NCBI GenBank assembly: GCA_002335385.1 | Contig: DCVK01000016.1 | Span: 11,224 to 75,223 of the forward strand | Direction of reading: 5' to 3' | Source: Candidatus Aminicenantes bacterium UBA2190 | GTDB taxonomy: Bacteria > Acidobacteriota > Aminicenantia > UBA2199 | DNA: 64,000 nucleotides | Shown here: positions 37,518-46,200 of the stretch, one piece after another | How positions within the stretch are numbered: the stretch's first letter is position 1 | Layout of the letters: each line of letters begins with the position of its first letter | Notes under the pieces: generated by a model | Databases searched by the model: none | Told to the model about the DNA's origin: nothing | The model's input: only the letters and a program-made list of their open reading frames with translations | Made by a program: the position numbers and the translations under genes

Positions 37518-38847
37518 GGCCCCGCTCCTCGATGTAATGAACGCGGAAATTGCGCAGCAGCTTGAAGCCGTTCAGACGGACCCGGCGGTCGAGGACGAAA
37601 TCCCCCCTGGCCCCGTTGACCAGCACATGCCCCTGGTTCGCGATGTCGGCAGCGAACAGGCCCCCGCTGATCTTCACCTTGCCCTCGCCATTGACCAGGC
37701 TGCCGGCGGCGATCACCTGAGCCTGGACGGTCGCTTCGCCGGCGGCGGTGATGACGATATCGGCTTCGATTTTCTCATTGCTGAAGAAATCGCCGGCACA
37801 GGTCATGAGCAGCAACTTCGGAAAGCGCTCCCTGCCCGGCGCCAGGTTCTCGCCCTCGAGCCCCGAGGCGACGACCAGGCGGCCGCCGACCAGCAGCTCG
37901 ACGCGCGCCGCGTCCAGGAACGCCGCCACGCTCCTTTGGGTGACCGACCAGACGCTGCCGTGGACGACGATCTTTTCGCCGAAGCGCGCGCCGGCGACAT
38001 CGCCGGCGCCGCTCCAAGCCAGCGAATCCTCGCCGGGCCGGTAGCGCAGATCAAAGGACCGGCCGCCTTGCCTGAATACGATCGCCTGCCATCCGCCGCC
38101 GGCGCTGAATTCGAGCCCCTGCAGGTCGCCCTCGACGAACACGGCGCCGACCCCGTTGTCGCCGCGCGCCAGGTAGATACCGGCCGGAATGGGCGCGGCG
38201 CCCGGCTCCAGCCCGAATGCTGCGCGGATGCGCCCCCAGTCCGGGACCTCGACTGGCAGGCCCAGCGCCGCGGCCAAGAGGCTTCCGGCATCGATCCCGG
38301 GCGCCACCCCCTGGACTAGGGGCAGCTGCGTGCCCGAATAATCCACCCCGTGCTCCGCCAGAAAGACGGCGGCATTTGCTGCGCCCGGTTTTGTGATCAG
38401 CAGCCCGGCCTCGCCGACGGGTATATCGCCCTCGACCATCTCCACCCCGGCGCGCCCGGCATACTCGATGCCGCCGCCGCCACGCCGCATGCGGATGACA
38501 TCGTCGATGCGCACGACGCGGAAGCCGTTCTCGCTGCGCAGCTCGCTGCCATTGAATTCGTGGCTGCCCATGACCCCATTATCATTCCAGGCGGGGAAGA
38601 CATCCGTGTTGAAAAATCCGGCCGACGGCTCCGGCCAGGCGTTCATGTCGCTGGCGGCCAGCTTCTCGCGGTAGCGATGCAGCCCCAGCAGCAGCGCCTG
38701 CTCCAGGGCCGCCGCCTCCAGCCGTCTGTCCCTGCGGGCGGCGATGATCGTGTTGTGGTAGCCGGTATGGGTCAGCAGGGCCGCTCCCGAGGCGGCCAGC
38801 AGCAGTGCGAACAGGAGCGTCAGGACGATGTTGCCGCGGCATTTCAA
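37507..38847 (-). CDS. Large pilus-associated protein in the GspK/PilX position, with a repetitive beta-strand C-terminal half
   Basis: N-terminal hydrophobic anchor MKCRGNIVLTLLFALLLAASGAALL, lacking Glu5. Sits inside the pseudopilin operon. C-terminal region has repeated G-x-hydrophobic strands (DIVITAAGEATVQAQVIAAGSLVNGEGKVKISGGLFAADIANQGHVLVNG). Confidence 0.55.
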   Translation of the reverse strand: MKCRGNIVLTLLFALLLAASGAALLTHTGYHNTIIAARRDRRLEAAALEQALLLGLHRYREKLAASDMNAWPEPSAGFFNTDVFPAWNDNGVMGSHEFNGSELRSENGFRVVRIDDVIRMRRGGGGIEYAGRAGVEMVEGDIPVGEAGLLITKPGAANAAVFLAEHGVDYSGTQLPLVQGVAPGIDAGSLLAAALGLPVEVPDWGRIRAAFGLEPGAAPIPAGIYLARGDNGVGAVFVEGDLQGLEFSAGGGWQAIVFRQGGRSFDLRYRPGEDSLAWSGAGDVAGARFGEKIVVHGSVWSVTQRSVAAFLDAARVELLVGGRLVVASGLEGENLAPGRERFPKLLLMTCAGDFFSNEKIEADIVITAAGEATVQAQVIAAGSLVNGEGKVKISGGLFAADIANQGHVLVNGARGDFVLDRRVRLNGFKLLRNFRVHYIEERGHEE

Positions 38848-38849
38848 GG

Positions 38850-39143
38850 TTACACCGTATTGAGCAGGAAAATGTAGCCGCGCACCTGCTCCTTGCGGTC
38901 GATCTCGATGCGGTAGAGGACCGAGTTGGCGTCGGGAAAGAAGGTCACGTAGAAATCACTGACCTCCTCCAGCAGCGGCTGGAAGGTGCCGTTGTCGCTG
39001 CGCCGCTTCAGTGCGCGCTGGGCCGGGAAATACTTGTACTCGACCTTCTTCAGAGCCACCAGCGTGCTGTTGCGGGGAAAGTCGCTCCGCAGCGGGCGTT
39101 TCATGACCAGGGCGCCGTCGAGGCGGTACTGGACCTCGTTCAC
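38850..39143 (-). CDS. Pseudopilin C-terminal-domain-like ORF without a leader (separate coupled gene, or 3' part of a split GspJ/PilW-like gene)
   Basis: GTG start overlaps the upstream stop as GTGA. Sequence NEVQYRLDGALVMKR resembles the conserved strand of GspJ/PilW-type minor pilins. No signal or prepilin segment. Confidence 0.45.
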   Translation of the reverse strand: MNEVQYRLDGALVMKRPLRSDFPRNSTLVALKKVEYKYFPAQRALKRRSDNGTFQPLLEEVSDFYVTFFPDANSVLYRIEIDRKEQVRGYIFLLNTV

Positions 39144-39538
39144 TCCCAGGCCGGTTGCGCCGGGTCATAGATCAGCACCGCCTTGTCCTTCTTGAAGCAC
39201 TCGCCGGCGGCGACCCGCAGCGCCTGCTGCCCGCGCAGGGCCCCCTCCAGGAGCGGCTCGTCGGCGATGCCGTAGGTGCTGGAGAAGAAGCCCGGGGTCG
39301 AGGCGAAGGGAGCGATGTCGCTGAACGGCCGGACATCCTGCAGGCGCATGCCGCACTTGTTCAGATCGGCCTTGATGGCGTCCACGGCGTGGAAGATCGC
39401 CTCCAGCCGCTCCTGGCTGCCGCCGACCTTTTTCTCCACCCGCGCCGCCTCGGTCGAATGGGCGATGATCACGGTCAGGATGCCCAATCCCAGGGAGAGG
39501 GCGATCAGCATCTCCAGCAAGCCGAAGCCCCTGATCAT
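39140..39538 (-). CDS. GspJ/PilW-like pseudopilin (N-terminal part if the gene is split)
   Basis: Prepilin-type motif MIRG-FGLLEMLIALSLGLGILTVII. Confidence 0.65.
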   Translation of the reverse strand: MIRGFGLLEMLIALSLGLGILTVIIAHSTEAARVEKKVGGSQERLEAIFHAVDAIKADLNKCGMRLQDVRPFSDIAPFASTPGFFSSTYGIADEPLLEGALRGQQALRVAAGECFKKDKAVLIYDPAQPAWE

Positions 39539-39894
39539 GGCCGCACCGCCAGGATGAAGCGCGAGCGGTGCAGGACCAGCGCCAGGGCGTAATGCCGCGC
39601 CTGCGCCAGCAGGCGCACCCGCTTCAGCGCGGCGCCGGCGTCTTCCACCCGCCAGTCGACGCGCAATTCGCCCTCCTGCCGGCTGTGGGATCCCGCGGCC
39701 AGCTCAGCGGCGTCCATGGGTCGCGATCCCAGATAGTTCTTGTAATAATCCAGCTGCTGCAGCACGCGGAAGCGCATGGCCGCCCCGCGCGTCTGCCCCA
39801 GCGCCGCGACCAGGATGCGTGTCCCGGACAGGACGGCCAGCAGCAGCACGGACAAAGAGACCAGCGTCTCGATCAAGGTGAAGCCTTTGTTCAT
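39535..39894 (-). CDS. GspI/PilV-like pseudopilin
   Basis: Start at MNKG-FTLIETLVSLSVLLLAVL, a canonical prepilin cleavage/methylation motif. GGAGGAAAAC RBS. Confidence 0.8.
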   Translation of the reverse strand: MNKGFTLIETLVSLSVLLLAVLSGTRILVAALGQTRGAAMRFRVLQQLDYYKNYLGSRPMDAAELAAGSHSRQEGELRVDWRVEDAGAALKRVRLLAQARHYALALVLHRSRFILAVRP

Positions 39895-40171
39895 GTTTTC
39901 CTCCTGCAGGGAGGGATTCAATTCACGTGCCAAGGCGACTCCCGAATCGGCAAGCGCTCCAGGAAAGGGTTTTCAGATCCAGGCTCGTTCCTGGCCCGTA
40001 CAGGTTGCTTTACCGGATCGAATTGCCGGGTAAAGATCGATTTACATCCCGGCAAACGGCCTGACGGGAACGGATCAAGTCTTTTCCTTCTGATATAGGT
40101 ATTTCCCGCCTATTGATCCGCCGCCGACGCAAGATGGCACCGGGCATGAATGGTACGCGGCAGGAGGACAC

Positions 40172-40471
40172 ATGACAAAAACCAAACAAATTCTCACCCT
40201 GCTGGTCATCCTGGCGATGGCCGCTGTTTCTGCCGTTTCCCTCGACGCCGCCGAAATAGCGGCGGGCGCCGGCGGCGACAAGCTGATCAACATCAACACC
40301 GCCGATGCCGTTCAGCTGGCCAGGCTGCCCCAGGTCGGGCCCAAGATGGCGCAGCGCATCCTGGATTACCGCAAGAGCAGCGGCGGCTTCAAGCGCGTCC
40401 AGGACCTGCTGAAGGTCAAGGGCATCGGCGAGAAGGTCTTCGCCAAGCTGCAGCCGCTGATCACCATCTGA
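40172..40471 (+). CDS. comEA: ComEA-type helix-hairpin-helix DNA receptor
   Basis: Signal/anchor region, then ININTADAVQLARLPQVGPKMAQRILDYRKSSGGFKRVQDLLKVKGIGEKVFAKL. Confidence 0.88.
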   Translation: MTKTKQILTLLVILAMAAVSAVSLDAAEIAAGAGGDKLININTADAVQLARLPQVGPKMAQRILDYRKSSGGFKRVQDLLKVKGIGEKVFAKLQPLITI

Positions 40472-40515
40472 AGAAAGGAGGGGGCCGCAAGGCCCCCCAA
40501 CCAAAGGAGAACGCC

Positions 40516-40755
40516 ATGGAAGAAAAACTCAAGGAACTCAATCTGCTCCTGCTCTACCTGACCGGCTGGGAGGAGGACTCGCGCAAGAACCCGGGCGAGA
40601 AAGTCTTTTGCACCTGGAACGGCTACAGCTTCAAATCCCTGAGCCAGCTGGCCGACGACAAGTTGATCGTTCAGTTCAAGGACAAGAAACTGGTGATCGT
40701 GACCGAATCAGGCAAGCAAACGGCCGAGAAACTCAAAGCCAAGTACCTGAACTGA
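40516..40755 (+). CDS. Small cytoplasmic protein, DUF6429-like (tentative)
   Basis: ATG preceded by AAAGGAGAA. LLLLYLTGWEE...CTWNGYSFKSLSQLADDKLIV...KLVIVTESGKQTAEKL resembles that family pattern from memory. The overlapping 201-aa ORF-track frame (40150) is rejected upstream of this ATG. Confidence 0.45.
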   Translation: MEEKLKELNLLLLYLTGWEEDSRKNPGEKVFCTWNGYSFKSLSQLADDKLIVQFKDKKLVIVTESGKQTAEKLKAKYLN

Positions 40756-40781
40756 TCCATTCCCCGCTATCCCCGTTCCCG

Positions 40782-40809
40782 GAGGCGCGCCCCGTCGCGC
40801 CTCTTTTTT
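40782..40809 (+). terminator. Rho-independent terminator
   Basis: GAGGCGCG-ccccgt-CGCGCCTC followed by T6, 27 nt after the stop at 40755. Confidence 0.75.
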
Positions 40810-40878
40810 ATATGACAAGTAGGGATGAATGCACGGATCAGGGCGAACACAAGGTTCGCCGCTGCGGATTCTTTGTGG

Positions 40879-43245
40879 TTACCGTTCCCGGTTAAGCACG
40901 CGGAAGCGGCGCTCGAGGCGATGGCCGTCCTCGTCGATGAGCACCAGGCGGTGCTCGCCGGCAACGGGCCGCGCCGCGACCTGGTGGAAGCGGCGGGTGG
41001 CGGTGAGGAACTCCCCGTCCAGGTGCCAGTAGATCGCCGTTTCCGGGCGGCGGTGGACGGCCTCGAAGACCACCTCGCCGGAACGGCCGTCGAGATCGAC
41101 GGGGATATAGACCGCCGTGTTCACGTCGGGATAGACCAGGCTGATCTCCCGGCGGCCCGATCCGGCCTGGAAACTGCCGGCGCAATCCCGGCGAAAAGGA
41201 GGCAGGGAGCGATACTCTGGGTGATAGCGCCGGTAATAGTATTCCTGCACCGGCGGCAGGACGAACCACGGCCGGTGGAGCATGCGACCGGGCGACTCGC
41301 AGCCCGAGTCGACGCGGAAGCGGCCGCCGGCGTCCAGGTGCACCAGCTGGTGATACGGACACGACTGCTGGAAGTGGCTCTCCCTAGGCACGGCAACGGC
41401 GACGGCCGGGCAGAGTTCGCCGGCCAGAAAGCCCGAGTCGCGGCAGACCTGCACTTCCTTCAGCCAGAGGCGTGGCGGCGTGACCCGGCCCCCGGTGTCC
41501 AGTACGTTCAACACGTCGAAAAGGACCGGCGCCGCCGTCGACAGGCCGGTCAAGAGAGGGTTGCCCTCGCCGTCGGCGTTGCCGGCCCAGATGCCGACCG
41601 TGTAGGCGGGGGTCACGCCCACCGCCCAGGCGTCGCGCAGGCCGAAGCTGGTGCCGGTCTTCCAGGCCACCCAGCGCGAGGAGGAGAATTCCTTCCAGTA
41701 CCCCTCGTCGTCGGGACGGCTGACCTCGGTCAGGGCCTCGAGGGTCAGGTAGGCGGCGCCGGGCCCCAGGTCGCTCATGCGCGACCGGAGCGGCGGCTCG
41801 TCGCGCAGGAGACGCACCTCGCTGCGGCGCCCGCCGTCGTCCAGCGCCAGTTGCGCCAACCCGGCGTACAGGGCGGTCACTTCGTAGAGGGTCGTCTCGG
41901 CGCCGCCGAGGATCAGGGTCAACCCGTAGCCGCCGGGCGGGCGGCTGAGGGTGGTCAGGCCCCACTTCTTCAGCAGGTTATAGAAACGCGGGATGCCGTA
42001 CTGTTGCAGCATGCGGATGGCGGGGATGTTCAGCGACCAAGCCAGCGCCGCGCGCGCCGGAACGGCGCCGCGGAAGCGGCGGTCGAAATTCTCCGGAACA
42101 TAGCCGGCGAAATGGGCGGGCGTGTCGGCGACCAGGGTCGTCGGCGCCAAGCCGCCTTCCTGCAGCATGGCGGCGTAGAGGAACGGCTTGAGGATACTGC
42201 CGCTGCTGCGCGGCCGGTGCAGGAGATCGAGGTCCTGGCCATGGGCGGCAGCGGACTCGCGGGCGACATTGCCCACGTAAGCCGCCACCGTCCCCCGGCG
42301 GTTGTCGACGATCAGCGCGGCGAGGTTGCGGACGCTTCCCGCCAGCAGGCGCTGGCCGTTGGCCTGGACGATGCGCGCCAGGGAGGATTGCAGCCCGGGA
42401 TCGATGAACGTATAGAACGGCCGCCGGCTGCCGTGCCGCGCCGCCAGCGTGTCGAGCAGGTGCGGCGCCGGGCGCGGCAGCGTCCGCATGCCGGCGGGCA
42501 TGGGCTCGGCCAGAGCCAGCGAGAGATCCAGGGCGGAGATGAGCCGGCGCCGCTCCAGCAGGCGCAACAGCCGGTCGCGCTTGCGCTGCAGCAGGCGGCG
42601 GTTGGCCGCTCCGGCGATGAGTTTGGGATCGTTGGGCAGGACGGCCAGGAAGGCCGCCTCGGCCCAGCTCAGCGCCTCGGGACCGCGGTCGAAATAGAAC
42701 CAGGAAGCGGCGTCGATGCCCACGATGTTGCCGCCGAAGGGAGCATTGGCGGCATGCAGGTCGAGGATGCCGCGCTTGGATATGGACAGCTCGAGACGCA
42801 GGGCCAGTGCCATCTCGCGCACTTTCTCCAGGTAGGTCCGCGGCGGGTTCTTGCGGCTGATGCGCACCACCTGCATGGTCAGGGTGCTGCCGCCGCTGAC
42901 CACCCCCCGCTTGCGGACATTGGTCCACAGGGCGCGGGCGATCGCCCGCAGATCGACGCCGCGGTGGCGGAAGAAGCGGCGGTCCTCGTACTCCACCAGC
43001 GCCCGGAAGAAACGCTCGGGCACCGCCCGGGTCCTGGGAAAGCGCCACTGCTCGTCAGCGGCCAGGCGCGCCCCCAGCAGCCGGTCATCGGCGGAAAACA
43101 GCACCGGCGAGAGTGGATCCCGGAAAAGCCGGCGCGGCGCCGCCCACCAGGCGAGCAGGGCCAGGCCGCCGGCAAGCGCGCCCAGCAGCAGCAGCGCCCG
43201 GCGATGCCTGCGCAGGAAGGGGATCAGCGCCGGATCTCCATCCAC
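40879..43245 (-). CDS. pbpC: Penicillin-binding protein 1C (transglycosylase/transpeptidase)
   Basis: GT51 motifs EYEDRRFFRHRGVD and GGSTLTMQ. Transpeptidase SxxK motif (GSILKPFLY). C-terminal PBP1C-specific domain. Overlaps the upstream alpha-2-macroglobulin gene by 22 nt. Confidence 0.9.
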   Translation of the reverse strand: MDGDPALIPFLRRHRRALLLLGALAGGLALLAWWAAPRRLFRDPLSPVLFSADDRLLGARLAADEQWRFPRTRAVPERFFRALVEYEDRRFFRHRGVDLRAIARALWTNVRKRGVVSGGSTLTMQVVRISRKNPPRTYLEKVREMALALRLELSISKRGILDLHAANAPFGGNIVGIDAASWFYFDRGPEALSWAEAAFLAVLPNDPKLIAGAANRRLLQRKRDRLLRLLERRRLISALDLSLALAEPMPAGMRTLPRPAPHLLDTLAARHGSRRPFYTFIDPGLQSSLARIVQANGQRLLAGSVRNLAALIVDNRRGTVAAYVGNVARESAAAHGQDLDLLHRPRSSGSILKPFLYAAMLQEGGLAPTTLVADTPAHFAGYVPENFDRRFRGAVPARAALAWSLNIPAIRMLQQYGIPRFYNLLKKWGLTTLSRPPGGYGLTLILGGAETTLYEVTALYAGLAQLALDDGGRRSEVRLLRDEPPLRSRMSDLGPGAAYLTLEALTEVSRPDDEGYWKEFSSSRWVAWKTGTSFGLRDAWAVGVTPAYTVGIWAGNADGEGNPLLTGLSTAAPVLFDVLNVLDTGGRVTPPRLWLKEVQVCRDSGFLAGELCPAVAVAVPRESHFQQSCPYHQLVHLDAGGRFRVDSGCESPGRMLHRPWFVLPPVQEYYYRRYHPEYRSLPPFRRDCAGSFQAGSGRREISLVYPDVNTAVYIPVDLDGRSGEVVFEAVHRRPETAIYWHLDGEFLTATRRFHQVAARPVAGEHRLVLIDEDGHRLERRFRVLNRER

Positions 43246-46200
43246 TGCCCCGTCGTGTTGGCGTGGAAGGCCGCGTCGTACATCGCCTCCACGCTGATCC
43301 CGGGCTGGTAGAACCGCCCGCCGTAGGAGGCGTTGAGCATCGCCGTGAACGTCTTCTTGGCGCCGGCCTTCAGGCTGAAGTAGGTGAGGATGCGGTCGTC
43401 ACGGACATCCTGGTAATCGAAGTATCCGCTTCCGGGCTCGTCGCTGAACAGGCGCGGGTTGGCGATCTGGCAGCCGGCGGGGACGATATGGGTCAGGGCC
43501 AGGTTGTTCAGCGTCTGCCGACTGAGGTTGGTGACGTGGATCTCCACCTTCACGTCGCGGCCCTGGGCGAGGCGCGCCGGGTCGATGGCATTCTCGTCCG
43601 CGTCCCGGAAGACCACTTCCAGGCGCAAATTGCTCTCGTGCGCCGTTTCGCCGCCGGCGGGCGGGATGCCGGCGATGGTGGCGGTCACGTACAGGCGGCC
43701 TGCCCCCGGGTTACTGATCTTCATCGTCCGCTCCGCGGCGGTGAACGGGGAGAATTCCTGCTGGAAGAAGGGCACAGCGGCTTCGACCTCCTTCAGCGGC
43801 TCTCCCTGCCAGCCGGCCTGGAAGCGGAATGGCTTGGCCGGCGAACCGCCGTAGTAGGTGGCGATGGCCATCAGGGCGTAGGCGGTCTCCTGGGTGGAAT
43901 ACCAGGTATCGCTCGACATGGCCGAGATGATCTCGTCGAGGAATTTCTTTGCGCGGCCCTCCTGGCCCATGTGCACCAGGGTGCGCACCATGACCGCCTT
44001 GTCGCGGAGATCGGAGCCGAAGGTGCGGTTGTCGTCGCGGTATTTGGCCACCTGCCACGAACATTTGCCCAAGAGGTCATCGGCGGCTTCGCGCTGGCCG
44101 CCGGCCTGGAAGGCGCCGGCCAGCAGCACGGCGGCGGGGCCGTCCAGCCCCGCGGTCTCGCGCAGCCGGTTCATGGCCCCCAGGTCGGGCGACCCGGCCA
44201 GGGCCAGCGTATACAGGCGGAAAGCCTGGACAATACGGCCGTGCTCCGGCCCCGCGGTCCAGGAGTTGGCCAGCGCCCGCTGGTGCTTTTTCCATCCCTC
44301 GAGCATGGCGGCCGGCACGCGATAGCCCGCGCGCTGGGCCTCGAGCAGGAAATAGCCGGCATACGACGAGGTCCAGTGGTGGGCCTCGTACTCGCCGGGC
44401 CAGTAGGCAAAGCCGCCGCCGGGCGCCTGGAACGTGCGCATCTTTTCAATGGCGCCGGTGACGTTCGCCTCCACTTTCTTCCGCTGCCCGTCATCGAGCT
44501 TGATCAGGTTCTTCAGATAGAGCTGCGGGAAGGCGGTGGAAAGGGTCTGCTCGAGGCAGCCGTGGGGATAGCGGATCAGGAACTGCAGCCGCTTCTGCAG
44601 GTTGAAGGGGGGCAGCATGGAGTATTCCAGGGTCACGTCATTGGTCCCACTGATCCCGAACGCCCGGATCGCGATCTGCCGGGTCTCGCCCGGCGCCACT
44701 TCGGCATGCAGTGTCTCGAGGATCCTCGGGTTGGCGGCCAGGATGGGTATGGCGGTCCGGCTCTCGGCCTTGCGCGCGCCGCTGGTCGCCTGGATGCGGA
44801 CGCTGCCCTGGCCGATCCCGGCGCTGACGGTCACCGGGAAGAAGACCATCTCGTCGCCCGGCTTGCTGAACTCGACGGTCCTGATCTTCGGCCCGTCGAC
44901 CAGGAAGCGGTCGCCGGCGTCGATCTGCACCTGCACCTTGCGGATGTCGGCGCGGCTGACGAACACCGAGACGGGGAGGTCGAAGGTCTCCCCCGGCCGC
45001 ACGACGCGCGGCAGCGTGGGCAGGATCATCAGGTCCTGGCGCACCGGTACCGATCTTTCCGCGACGCCGAAGGCATTATCGCGGCCCGCCACCGCCATGA
45101 TCCGCACCGCTCCCACGTACTGCGGCATGGTGAACGTGTGCTCGGCCGTCTTGCCGGCCTCCAGGGCGAAGGGGCCGGCGAAGAGGACGACGGGCGGGAA
45201 GCGCCGTTGCTTTTTCTCGCCTCCGCCATCGCCCCCCTCCTCGTCGCCGCCCAGGGCCAACAGGCGCGAAAGGTCGGCGCCGTACGCCTCGGCCACGTCG
45301 TCAAAGAGGTCCCAGGTGCGGACGCCCAGCGCCTCGCGGTTGTAGAACCTCTTGCGCAGGTCGGGGGCGGCGTAGCGCGTCAGACCCAGCAAGCCCTCGT
45401 CGACGACGGCCAGGGTATAGGTCATCGGACGGCCGGACTTTTCCTCGATCTTGACCTTGAAATCCGCCATGGGCTTCAATTCATCGGCCACCTTGAGCAG
45501 CGGCACCAGTTTCGTGCGCGGGTCATCCACCAGCACCGGGATGACGCCGTAGAGGCGGATGGGCGTGTCGCTCTTCTTGCCCGAGTGCGGCTGCAGCAGG
45601 GTGACGTGGACATGGATGTTGGGGGTCATGCTCTCGTCGAGATCGATCTCGAAGCGGTTCTCGCCGCTCTGCGTGCTGACCCACATCTGCTTCAGGACGC
45701 GCGAGTTGTTCTCCAGCGAGACCAGCGCCCGCCCCTGCGGGGCGTCGGGCAGGAAGATGGTCGCCTTCTCCCCTACCTGGTAGTTCGGCTTGTCGGCGCT
45801 GAAATTGAGACGCGTGGCGCCGCTGCCCTTCTCCTCGCGGGCGCGGCCGGCCCAGCCCGGCCAGTCGATGTAGACGGCCCGCCCGGCGGCATGCCCCCCC
45901 TGTGGGTCGACGACGCGTACCAGGTAGCGGCCCCACTGCGGGTACTTGACCTGGAACTTCCAGGCGCCCACGCCGTCGCGCGTCGCCACCTCACCCTTCA
46001 GGACGGGGACATGGCTGGTATTGGCCACGTACTGGGCCAGCGAGTCGCCGCTCTTGTCCCACCACCACTTCCATTCGACCTTGTAGAGGCTGACCTCCAG
46101 CTTGTCGCGGGAGACGGGATTGCCCTCGGCATCGACGGTGACGATCTGCAGCACATGGTCCTGGTCGGTGAGCAGCATGCCGCGCGTCTCGTCGCCCTTG

